A stretch of DNA of 33,835 nt. It comes from a virus. Its lineage: Duplodnaviria > Caudoviricetes. The stretch is taken from positions 1 to 33,835 of the IMG/VR virus record IMGVR_UViG_3300035492_000133; one strand, written 5' to 3'. Positions 1-7,265 of the stretch are shown one piece after another (position 1 is the stretch's first letter; each line of letters opens with the position of its first letter). Under the pieces are notes generated by a model that saw only the letters and a program-made list of their open reading frames with translations, ran no database searches and was not told the DNA's origin. The position numbers were made by a program, and so were the translations under genes.

Positions 1-83
1 ATCGGCTTGATACGTTCGACCGGTACCAGACTGCCTTTGACGTCTTGGCGATAGCCGTCTGGGATGTTGGCTTGAATAGTCAT
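1..83 (-). CDS. DUF3164-like Mu-phage protein, N-terminus (truncated by window edge)
   Basis: ATG at 83 reads MTIQANIPDGYRQDVKGSLVPVERIKP, resembling DUF3164 N-termini; overlaps upstream stop (TGATG); SD GAGGAG. Confidence 0.7.
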   Translation of the reverse strand, partial: MTIQANIPDGYRQDVKGSLVPVERIKP

Positions 84-364
84 CAATGCACTCCTCGGGT
101 CTCTTTGGCCCGCTTTACGTTGTGGTGATAGTTGGCCGCCAGCTCGTCGAGTACGGCAGCCACCTGCTCGGGCTGGTTAGCTATGTGAGCCTGAACCGCC
201 TTGTGCAGCATCGGAATGAGATAGGTCCGGTAGCCCTCAAGCTGGCACCAAAGGTCGGTTGTTTGCCGATTGGCGCGTTCCAGGGCGAGCCGCAGCTCGC
301 CCTCGGAAAGCAGCTCAGGGTTGGCGAACGTGATTGGCGCTGAGACGTACATTTCGCCGCTCAT
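83..364 (-). CDS. hypothetical phage protein (93 aa, MSGEMYVSAP...)
   Basis: ATG 364 coupled to upstream stop (TGATG); in early operon. Confidence 0.75.
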   Translation of the reverse strand: MSGEMYVSAPITFANPELLSEGELRLALERANRQTTDLWCQLEGYRTYLIPMLHKAVQAHIANQPEQVAAVLDELAANYHHNVKRAKETRGVH

Positions 365-693
365 CAATGCACCCCCCCAATCAGCCCCGCCACGCGAGGC
401 TTGCCGACCACCCACTCGATCTCGCAGCCCAGCAGGTACGAGCGGCAGCGGACGAAATGGCCGGGGGTGCGTTCCAGCGTCATGCCGCTGCGGCCCACGC
501 GGACCATGTGCAGCGGCTGCTCGCACTCGACGACCAGGAACGGCCGCTCGCCCTCGACGGCTGTGAACTTGACCGAGCAACCACGCGCCCGCAGCTCGCG
601 GCCAACCTGGTTGGCCAAGGCGAGGGACGCCTTGACCTGGTCGGTGAACACCTTGCTCTGATGCTTCTCTTCAAACGGGATCAGTGCGCCCAT
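364..693 (-). CDS. hypothetical phage protein (109 aa)
   Basis: Start 2 nt after ATPase stop, SD GGAGG. Confidence 0.8.
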   Translation of the reverse strand: MGALIPFEEKHQSKVFTDQVKASLALANQVGRELRARGCSVKFTAVEGERPFLVVECEQPLHMVRVGRSGMTLERTPGHFVRCRSYLLGCEIEWVVGKPRVAGLIGGVH

Positions 694-694
694 G

Positions 695-1885
695 TCACAC
701 CTCCATCACGATGTGGCCAGTGACAACCGACTCGCCGAGATCCGCGGCCAGGTTCATCGCGGCGATCATCAGATTGCCGATGGCCAGCGGGTACAGCACG
801 CTCAGCGTCTTGTTGCCGACGTTGTGCTGCAGGCGCTCGCCGATCGCGCGGATACCTTCGGCGTCGATCACCTTGTCCAGGTCCACGCCCACCCGGCCAA
901 AGCGGAAGCGCAGGAAGGTTTCCAGCTCGGCCAGCGGCACCGGCTCCAGCTCGACCACCTGGATGCGCTGCACGACCTCCCGCAGCTCGGGGTTGCGCTC
1001 GTGCAGCTTCTTGCTCAGCAGCTCGGGCTGGCCAATCAGGACGATATTCAGCAGCTTGCTGAATCCGCGCTCCAGTTCGCGCAGGCGCTTCAGGTGTTTC
1101 AGGGTTGGGATCGGCAGGCTGTGCGCCTCCTCAATAATGAGCAGGTGACGCATGCCGGATTCCGCGCTTGCCAGGAGCGCGCGGTGCATCTGGCGGAAGC
1201 GGGCCTCCGGCGATGACTTCGGCATCTCGGTTGGGTTGACCACCGCCATGATCGACTCGGCGATGTGGGCACTCTTCAGCGTTTTGCCCTTCTGGTCGTT
1301 GTCTTCCATGGCCAGCACATACGGCTCGATCACAACAACCGGCGCGTCTTCAGCCTCAAGGCGGGCTACCAGCTCACGGCGCAGCGTCGACTTGCCCGCG
1401 CCTGATTCGCCCACCACAGCCAGAAAACCATCATGCCGCGCCACCTGGTACATGCACTCACGGACGTAGCGAATGTCCTGGGACACGTACATATCATCAG
1501 CGCAGGTAAGGTCGTCGAATGGGTCGCGCAGCAGAGCAAAGGCTTTGCGGGCGGCTGGCATTAGGGTTTGTTTGCGTTTTAACATCGGCTCTGACTCCTG
1601 GTTGTTTTCCTGGTTGTTAACTGCCTGGGGTTGCGGATCGGCCGTGTTGGCGCACGGCTGATCCACCTTTACTTCTTCAAACACGTCGTCAATGGCGTCA
1701 TTGGCGGCACCGTTGCTCAGCAGCCAGTCACGGATGCGCTGCTCCAGATCATCGCGGTCCAGGCTTTTCGGCCACTGGCCGTGGTTGATCAGCTGGGCGA
1801 TAGTGGCCGGGCTCAGTTGCAGCGAGCGCGCCAGATCAGCCTGCTTTTGCTCCATCAATTCCAGCGTTGATTTCAGTTTCAACAT
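695..1885 (-). CDS. transposition ATPase (MuB/ExeA-like AAA) with N-terminal HTH
   Basis: Walker A GESGAGKS, Walker B LLIIEEAH, LIGQPEL motif; XRE-like HTH at N-terminus; follows transposase. Confidence 0.92.
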   Translation of the reverse strand: MLKLKSTLELMEQKQADLARSLQLSPATIAQLINHGQWPKSLDRDDLEQRIRDWLLSNGAANDAIDDVFEEVKVDQPCANTADPQPQAVNNQENNQESEPMLKRKQTLMPAARKAFALLRDPFDDLTCADDMYVSQDIRYVRECMYQVARHDGFLAVVGESGAGKSTLRRELVARLEAEDAPVVVIEPYVLAMEDNDQKGKTLKSAHIAESIMAVVNPTEMPKSSPEARFRQMHRALLASAESGMRHLLIIEEAHSLPIPTLKHLKRLRELERGFSKLLNIVLIGQPELLSKKLHERNPELREVVQRIQVVELEPVPLAELETFLRFRFGRVGVDLDKVIDAEGIRAIGERLQHNVGNKTLSVLYPLAIGNLMIAAMNLAADLGESVVTGHIVMEV

Positions 1886-3657
1886 GCATCACCTCCCACC
1901 AGCCGAAGACCCGGACGCTGTGGTTTGGGGTTGCGGATTAGCTCGGCGAAAGCCTCCAGCTCGGGCTCTGGAACGCCGTCCTTGTATCTTCCCTTCAGGG
2001 TTGCCATGGCCTCGGCGTTCCATTTTTCGCCCAGCATGGCTTTGAGCCGCTTGGCAGCGGCAACGTGGCTCAGCGGCGGTAGCTCCACCACAGGGCCAGT
2101 CAACTTGTGTTCGGTACCGCGACGCGGCATGTAGGTCGGCAGCTCGGCGTCGTCCAGCGGTTTGTAGGGATTCAGCTTCCCGGCCAGTGGCAGAGCCTTG
2201 GCCTTGCGTTCTGCGGCGGCTTCATCGGCAGAGCTAGTGCCGGTCATCAGCTGCTCGATGGCCTTGTTGGCTTTCTGCGCCGAGGTATCTGCCAGGCTTG
2301 CAAACTCGCCAAACGTGACGCTGTGCTCACCCTGGGAGAAGCCGTTTTCATCCTTCTCGATGCGAGGGATCACATAGATCACCTGGTGCCCTGCGGCGTT
2401 GGTGGCCACCACCTGGGCCGCATCGCTGCGCCATGGGTTGCGGGTAACCAGCACCTTCTCGTGCACCATCACACCGGGCACATCCTTGACCGAGTACTCA
2501 GCGCCCTGGAACGAGATGCGCAGGCTCGGCTTGACCTTCCGCTCCACCGGCTCGGCAATGGCCAGCTCGCGGCACACCTCAACCGTTGGAGCCTTAACCA
2601 GCTGTTGCTCGGTAATGCGCATCCATGCCGCAGTGCGCGTCATCCCATGTCGGCGGTGCTTGCCCGTGGCGTTGAACACCGCCCGCCACTGCGCTGCCAG
2701 GGCGTTTAGCTCTGCCAGATCCGCGACTGGGCGATAGCGCAGGCCGGCTTCAAACTTGCGCTCGATGATGTTCCGCGCGTTCTCCACTTGGCCGGTGGCG
2801 CGGGCACTGCCCGGTGCGTGGGCAATGGCCTCAATGCCCAGGCTCTTGCACAGGTTCATGGTCATGGCACTGGTGTTGGCGCTGCCGGGGTCCATATAAA
2901 GGATGCGTGGCACCCCGTGCAGCATGTCCGGCCCGCCGCGCTCCTGCAGGGCGTTGATCAGCACGCTGCAGAGGTTCTCACCGCTCTCCGCCCCCATCAC
3001 GTACTCGACGTAAATCCAGCCGCTGGTGTGATCGGTAATCTCGTAGGACCACACCCGGTCAGCCATCACCCGCGCCAGATTCTTGGGCTTGTTCTTGTAG
3101 AACTCGCCCTGGTCCATGATGTGCAGGCCCTGCGCTTTGGCCGAGGGCTTGAGGTAGTAGAGAACACACAGCGACGCATCGATCTGCCACACATGATTCG
3201 GGTGCTCGCTGCGCATCTCCACATGGGGCGCGGGTGCGGTGAGTTGATCGATGTGCAGCCCATACGCGCGAATCGCCCGGCGAATGGCGCTCTCGCTCAG
3301 CGGGGTTATCTCGCCGGTGCGCGGGTCCACTCGCTCGGCGCGCACAAGGCCGTTGGCGCGCAGTGCGGTCACCGCGTCCATCAGCGCCCAGATCACCTTG
3401 TCGTTGCCGCGGGTGGTCTCTTTGACGGCACCGACGATCAGCAACGCCTCGTCGTAGGTCAGGTCAGATTTGCCCGCGTCGGCGCGCACCTTGCGTGGTT
3501 TCTTCACTGTCAGTTCCCGCAGCTTGCGGTGCAGCGTGGCCAGGGAGATACCCAGCTCGCCACACGCCTGCTCATAGATGGCCTGTTTGCCGCCATGGCC
3601 AGCGGCGCGTATGGCTTGTGCCACAGCAACCAGGCGTTCGGTCATAACGGCGCTCAT
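1879..3657 (-). CDS. DDE transposase (MuA-equivalent)
   Basis: HPNHVWQIDAS (D1), LYMDPGS (D2), GQVE (E); N-terminal HTH; adjacent ATPase. Confidence 0.93.
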   Translation of the reverse strand: MSAVMTERLVAVAQAIRAAGHGGKQAIYEQACGELGISLATLHRKLRELTVKKPRKVRADAGKSDLTYDEALLIVGAVKETTRGNDKVIWALMDAVTALRANGLVRAERVDPRTGEITPLSESAIRRAIRAYGLHIDQLTAPAPHVEMRSEHPNHVWQIDASLCVLYYLKPSAKAQGLHIMDQGEFYKNKPKNLARVMADRVWSYEITDHTSGWIYVEYVMGAESGENLCSVLINALQERGGPDMLHGVPRILYMDPGSANTSAMTMNLCKSLGIEAIAHAPGSARATGQVENARNIIERKFEAGLRYRPVADLAELNALAAQWRAVFNATGKHRRHGMTRTAAWMRITEQQLVKAPTVEVCRELAIAEPVERKVKPSLRISFQGAEYSVKDVPGVMVHEKVLVTRNPWRSDAAQVVATNAAGHQVIYVIPRIEKDENGFSQGEHSVTFGEFASLADTSAQKANKAIEQLMTGTSSADEAAAERKAKALPLAGKLNPYKPLDDAELPTYMPRRGTEHKLTGPVVELPPLSHVAAAKRLKAMLGEKWNAEAMATLKGRYKDGVPEPELEAFAELIRNPKPQRPGLRLVGGDAC

Positions 3658-3659
3658 GG

Positions 3660-4622
3660 TCAGTTGCCCTCGATCGCCGCTTGCGCGCGCTCAAGCGCGT
3701 CCGGTGCCATCCAGTCGGTGGCGTCCGGGTCGTCGTTGTCGGGCAGGTCGTAATCCTCGCGGATGGCCAGAATGTTCAGCTCGATCTGGCGCAGCAGGTT
3801 GGCCAGGTAGGCGCGCTGGTCCTGGCCGGTTTCCGCCCCAGCGTTCACGAGCGTTTCAAAGGCGCAGCGCAGCTTGTTGGTGAGCAGGCTTTCAGCCTCA
3901 AAGGCCATGCCGGTCACTTCCAGGCGCAGCTCTTTCACCGCTTCAGCTGGGGGCATGGTCTGGATGCGGCGCTTGGCTTTCTCCAGCTCCTGCTTCACCT
4001 GGTCCAGCTCCTGGGCACGGTTGGCCAGCACCTGGCTCTGGGCGTCGTAGTCGGCATGGGCCTCGTCACGTTCTTTGGTCAGCTGTTCCTTTTCAGCCTG
4101 GTGCTTGGCAATCAGCTCCTCGGCCAGAAACTCCACCGCCTCGTGGTTGCCGGTCTTAGCAGCCTCGATCAGGGCGGAGCGAGAATCTTCAGGCAGCTTT
4201 CGGAACTGGCGCAGCTCGCGGTAGCCGATGCCCATGCGGGACATGGATTCGAGGGCCTCTTCGCCAAGTGCGCGCAGGTTTGCGATGTCTTCATCGACCT
4301 GTTGACGAGACCGTCCAAGCAGTTGGCAAAAGTCCTCCCAAGTCCCCGAAAACTGCTGACCGTCAGCAGTTGATTTGCCCTGAAGCGCCCGGTACAGCTT
4401 GTTTTCCTTGACATACGCCAGCTTGGAAGCGCTGACCGTCAGCGAAAATTTGGAAAACGCATCAGCCATTTGCACCTGCCCCAACAGCTGGTTCACTAGA
4501 TCGCGTTCTTCGCTGTGCTCGGCAATCAGGGCGCTGCTGGTGTTCTGCACCTGGTTAAGCGCCTGCTCATTCAGCGGCGCAACATCAACGGGCTCGGTGG
4601 TCGTGTTTTTTGTACGGGCCAT
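3660..4622 (-). CDS. conserved Mu-like phage coiled-coil protein (DUF3102-like)
   Basis: 320-aa ORF, GTWEDFCQLLG/GIGYRELRQFRKLPED, typical position upstream of transposase. Confidence 0.75.
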   Translation of the reverse strand: MARTKNTTTEPVDVAPLNEQALNQVQNTSSALIAEHSEERDLVNQLLGQVQMADAFSKFSLTVSASKLAYVKENKLYRALQGKSTADGQQFSGTWEDFCQLLGRSRQQVDEDIANLRALGEEALESMSRMGIGYRELRQFRKLPEDSRSALIEAAKTGNHEAVEFLAEELIAKHQAEKEQLTKERDEAHADYDAQSQVLANRAQELDQVKQELEKAKRRIQTMPPAEAVKELRLEVTGMAFEAESLLTNKLRCAFETLVNAGAETGQDQRAYLANLLRQIELNILAIREDYDLPDNDDPDATDWMAPDALERAQAAIEGN

Positions 4623-4631
4623 GGTCGTTCC

Positions 4632-4946
4632 TTAGTAGAGGCTGCCAGCGGCAACGCGCTGGTTGAGTTCGTGGATACGGTTGGTAGCGCGGGTCATTTC
4701 ATCCGCGTGTGCCTGGGCGATCTGCAGCGTGGACGTGCTCAGCGCAAAGCGACCGGTGTCCAGCTTGGTGGCGAAGCCCTCGGCGATCAGGGTGTTCATG
4801 CAGCGGGTTACCGCGCTTGGGGGGATGTTCAGCGCCTTGGCGATATCGCTGTTGCTCAGTCCGTTGAGGGTGTGGCCGCGCAGCGCCTTCATCACGCGCA
4901 GGCAGCGGGCGCCGCTCTCGCTGGTACGGGCAAATTCCTTACTCAT
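4632..4946 (-). CDS. IclR-type winged HTH DNA-binding protein
   Basis: GLSNSDIAKALNIPPSAVTRCMNTLIAEGF...TGRFAL pattern. Confidence 0.85.
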   Translation of the reverse strand: MSKEFARTSESGARCLRVMKALRGHTLNGLSNSDIAKALNIPPSAVTRCMNTLIAEGFATKLDTGRFALSTSTLQIAQAHADEMTRATNRIHELNQRVAAGSLY

Positions 4947-5424
4947 CGTCGTGCTCTCCGAGGTCTAGTTGCGGGGTCTTGTGTTGGGCCACGTTGCCGT
5001 GGTGCCAGCCCAGGCTCTCCATCGCGCACTGGATGGTCGCCAGCGTGTGGTCCGCATCCTGCTGGCCGGCGTGAAAGGCCAGCAGCGCGCCGGTGGTGGC
5101 ATGCAGCAGCGCCTGCAGCTCTTGAATGTCGGTGGCGTCGCAGGCTTTGCCCGTTGGCATGTCGATCGCCAGCTTGCCGGCGCTGGCTGCCAGCCACTGG
5201 GTCACGTAGTGGCAGCCGCAGGCAGCTTCATAAGCAGGGATCATCACGGCAGGCATGCGGCCGCTGGCCAGCCACTTGTAAAGCGCCCAGTGGTTCGGCA
5301 ATCCCATGCGCTCGGCAATGCGCTGTTCGCTCATGTTGTGCTTGACCAGGGCGTACTGCTTGCACAGCTCCATCGCGTGCAGCAGCGAGGTGGGTCGAGC
5401 GTTTTTCCAATTCCTGCGGATCAT
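4939..5424 (-). CDS. conserved phage regulatory protein (HTH-like, CII-like)
   Basis: MIRRNWKNARPTSLLHAMELC..., SEQRIAERMG...LYKWLASGRMP HTH-like; overlaps next gene. Confidence 0.75.
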   Translation of the reverse strand: MIRRNWKNARPTSLLHAMELCKQYALVKHNMSEQRIAERMGLPNHWALYKWLASGRMPAVMIPAYEAACGCHYVTQWLAASAGKLAIDMPTGKACDATDIQELQALLHATTGALLAFHAGQQDADHTLATIQCAMESLGWHHGNVAQHKTPQLDLGEHDDE

Positions 5425-5474
5425 TGGAAACCCCCAAAGCGTCTGCTGCGCGGCTTCTCCAAACAAATACCGTT

Positions 5475-5490
5475 TTTGCCTATGGGCAAA
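5475..5490. promoter_or_regulatory. TTTG-N8-CAAA dyad between divergent genes
   Basis: TTTGCCTATGGGCAAA; same dyad as the three late-promoter sites. Confidence 0.5.
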
Positions 5491-5547
5491 AGCGTTTCAA
5501 CGCTAGTAGCCTTTTGGTATACAGTCACAGCACGAGGACGGAGACCC

Positions 5548-6021
5548 ATGACCGACAGAGCAACCGCGCTTGAGTTTGCGTTTGACAAGCTGGTAGAGCA
5601 GCTGCAAGACACCGGAGTACTCAGCGCAGCCCGCTTGGCCGACGAGCTGGAGGCTCCAGCACAGTGGCTCGGCGTAGAGAACGAGGGCACTGACGAGCTG
5701 GCTGAGCTGGCGCGCCGCACCAGGCGCACCGCAGACATGGCGCAGCAGGAAGCCAGCGCATACCCGGCTTCTGAATGGGAGTTGATGGCCCAGCTCATGC
5801 TTCAGTACCTGCTGATTCAGGGCCAGCTGGACTCTCGGGAGTTTGCGGACTATCTGGACGTGTGCTTTGCGGGCATGAGACAGCATGGGGCACCGCTCCA
5901 CCTGCAAGGCGTTGTAGCGCGCTTGAGTGACTACAGCCGGGGCACCGAGCAGCTGCCGGAGTGGCTGCGAGACGCTCTGTCTTTGCGTGCCAGCGGGCCT
6001 GATGCTGATGCAACCCGTTGA
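5548..6021 (+). CDS. counter-oriented accessory hypothetical protein (157 aa, MTDRATALEF...)
   Basis: SD-like GAGGACGGAG, upstream TTTCAA-17-TATACA promoter-like sequence, helical protein-like composition. Confidence 0.7.
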   Translation: MTDRATALEFAFDKLVEQLQDTGVLSAARLADELEAPAQWLGVENEGTDELAELARRTRRTADMAQQEASAYPASEWELMAQLMLQYLLIQGQLDSREFADYLDVCFAGMRQHGAPLHLQGVVARLSDYSRGTEQLPEWLRDALSLRASGPDADATR

Positions 6022-6085
6022 GCACGTGCGCGGCGACGGCTTCGCGAGTGGCCGCGTCCAGGTTGGAGAACGATAGGGTGCTCAT
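5795..6085 (-). CDS. hypothetical protein (96 aa, MSTLSFSNLD...), 3' part antisense to 5548-6021
   Basis: ATGA coupling to upstream gene and GGAGG SD; C-terminal half looks like shadow sequence. Confidence 0.5.
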   Translation of the reverse strand: MSTLSFSNLDAATREAVAAHVLNGLHQHQARWHAKTERLAATPAAARCPGCSHSSALQRLAGGAVPHAVSCPQSTRPDSPQTPESPAGPESAGTEA

Positions 6086-6303
6086 GCCTCTGCCTCCAGG
6101 CGCTTGATCTTGCGCTCTACGCGGCGAGACTCCAGGCGGCAGCGCTCTGCGATGCAGCGCCATAGAAAGCGCTCATCCCAGTGCTCGCGGCCACCGGGCA
6201 CGGTGCGGCGGCGGTCTTCGGCGGCAATGCAGCTGCGCAGGGCAGCGCGATAGCGCTGCTTGAGTTGCTGCAGTGAGGTGGTAGTGGCTGCTTGTTGGAT
6301 CAT
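6082..6303 (-). CDS. hypothetical basic protein (73 aa)
   Basis: SD AGGAGG, ATGA overlaps at both ends. Confidence 0.7.
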   Translation of the reverse strand: MIQQAATTTSLQQLKQRYRAALRSCIAAEDRRRTVPGGREHWDERFLWRCIAERCRLESRRVERKIKRLEAEA

Positions 6304-6554
6304 TGGATACCTCCTTGGCCAGCAGTCAGCAGCTCGCCCACGGCGAGGATCTGCAGCTGGTTCAGCAGCTGACGCTCACCGGTGGTAACGCGCTGGATCG
6401 CGCCGTTGTGCTGGTAGCGGGTGATGGCGTTGCGCAGGGCGTTGAGCGTGTCGGCCTGCGAGACAGGCGAGCTGGCGATAACAACGTCCAGCAGGCGGCT
6501 GTAGGCGTCGATCGGTTCGGCCGGGCCGAATGCGGGTTGCAGCTTGAGGGTCAT
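6300..6554 (-). CDS. hypothetical protein (84 aa, MTLKLQPAFG...)
   Basis: SD GAGG, start 10 nt after Ner-like stop. Confidence 0.7.
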   Translation of the reverse strand: MTLKLQPAFGPAEPIDAYSRLLDVVIASSPVSQADTLNALRNAITRYQHNGAIQRVTTGERQLLNQLQILAVGELLTAGQGGIQ

Positions 6555-6564
6555 GGCGGTGGCC

Positions 6565-6777
6565 TCAGGCTGCGACTGATGTGTCGGAGGACTTGAGGCC
6601 CAGGGCAACAGCAATATCGTGCGCCTGGCCGTAATGGGCTTTATCAAAGCCGTTGAGCACGCGGTAAACCGCGTTGCGTTTGAAACCGTGCTCTTCGGCC
6701 CATTTGGTGACAGTGATGCCGCGCTGCTTGAAGCGCTGTTTGACCTGTTCCGGGGTCAGTACCTTCTGGTTTGCCAT
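6565..6777 (-). CDS. Ner/Cro-like DNA-binding protein (BcepMu gp16-like)
   Basis: LTPEQVKQRFKQRGITVTKWAEEHGF...VYRVLNG...GQAHDIAVALGLK signature; first early gene, divergent from repressor. Confidence 0.9.
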   Translation of the reverse strand: MANQKVLTPEQVKQRFKQRGITVTKWAEEHGFKRNAVYRVLNGFDKAHYGQAHDIAVALGLKSSDTSVAA

Positions 6778-6826
6778 GGCAGTGGCTCCGTTGGTTGCTG
6801 AATGATGTTTGCTTTTTGTTGTGATG

Positions 6827-6855
6827 ATTATTGTGGAGTATTTACACGGTGTCAA
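6827..6855 (-). promoter_or_regulatory. early lytic sigma70 promoter
   Basis: Minus strand TTGACA (6855-6850), 17 bp, AATAAT (6832-6827). Confidence 0.8.
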
Positions 6856-6878
6856 ATGATTCTGTGGATGAAATACAC
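6832..6878. promoter_or_regulatory. two putative repressor operators TGTGGA-N5-TACAC
   Basis: TGTGGAGTATTTACAC (6832-6847) and TGTGGATGAAATACAC (6863-6878), imperfect dyads flanking the -35. Confidence 0.65.
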
Positions 6879-7262
6879 ATTCGCCTGCGCGAAGAGATTG
6901 ACCAGATTTGGTCTTCAATGGCTGAGGCTGCCCGAGATATAGGAGAGTCAAGCTCTCAAGGGCTACGTGACGTATGTGCTGGAAGAAAGCGAACCACTGC
7001 AGAATTGTTGGCGAGACTCGCATTAGAGGGTGCTGACGCCGGCTACATACTTACCGGCAAGCGAACAGAGCATGCGCCATCAAAGCAGCTGCCCTCAGAT
7101 GAGCAGCTTCTGCTCGATACTTACAGAGCCATGTCTGTGACGAGACGGAAGGCGCTGCTTGCCGACTTGCTGACAGGTGGAAAGGGACGGTCGAGTGGCG
7201 GCGTGGTTGCCAGTGGCAACAATAGCCGCGCGGCTGGAAGGGATTATCTGGAAAGGAAGTAG
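6849..7262 (+). CDS. prophage repressor (c-like HTH) with C-terminal VVASGNNSRAAGRDY motif
   Basis: HTH region, GADAGYILTGKR and LPSDEQLLLDTYR typical of Mu-like repressors; divergent from Ner; start uncertain (GTG 6849 has TGGAG SD). Confidence 0.8.
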   Translation: MSNDSVDEIHIRLREEIDQIWSSMAEAARDIGESSSQGLRDVCAGRKRTTAELLARLALEGADAGYILTGKRTEHAPSKQLPSDEQLLLDTYRAMSVTRRKALLADLLTGGKGRSSGGVVASGNNSRAAGRDYLERK

Positions 7263-7265
7263 CGC

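Noticed and set aside
2107-5345. Long + strand ORFs (2107-2709, 2788-3753, 3681-4373, 4515-5345)
   Set aside because: Antisense shadows of well-supported minus-strand genes in high-GC DNA; no recognisable motifs
4969-5547. N-terminal 193 aa of the 350-aa ORF 4969-6021
   Set aside because: Overlaps a real minus-strand gene and the promoter region; ATG 5548 has the SD
6778-7023. Extended 152-aa version of the Ner-like ORF
   Set aside because: Runs through the promoter and repressor gene; ATG 6777 with GGAG SD fits the family length
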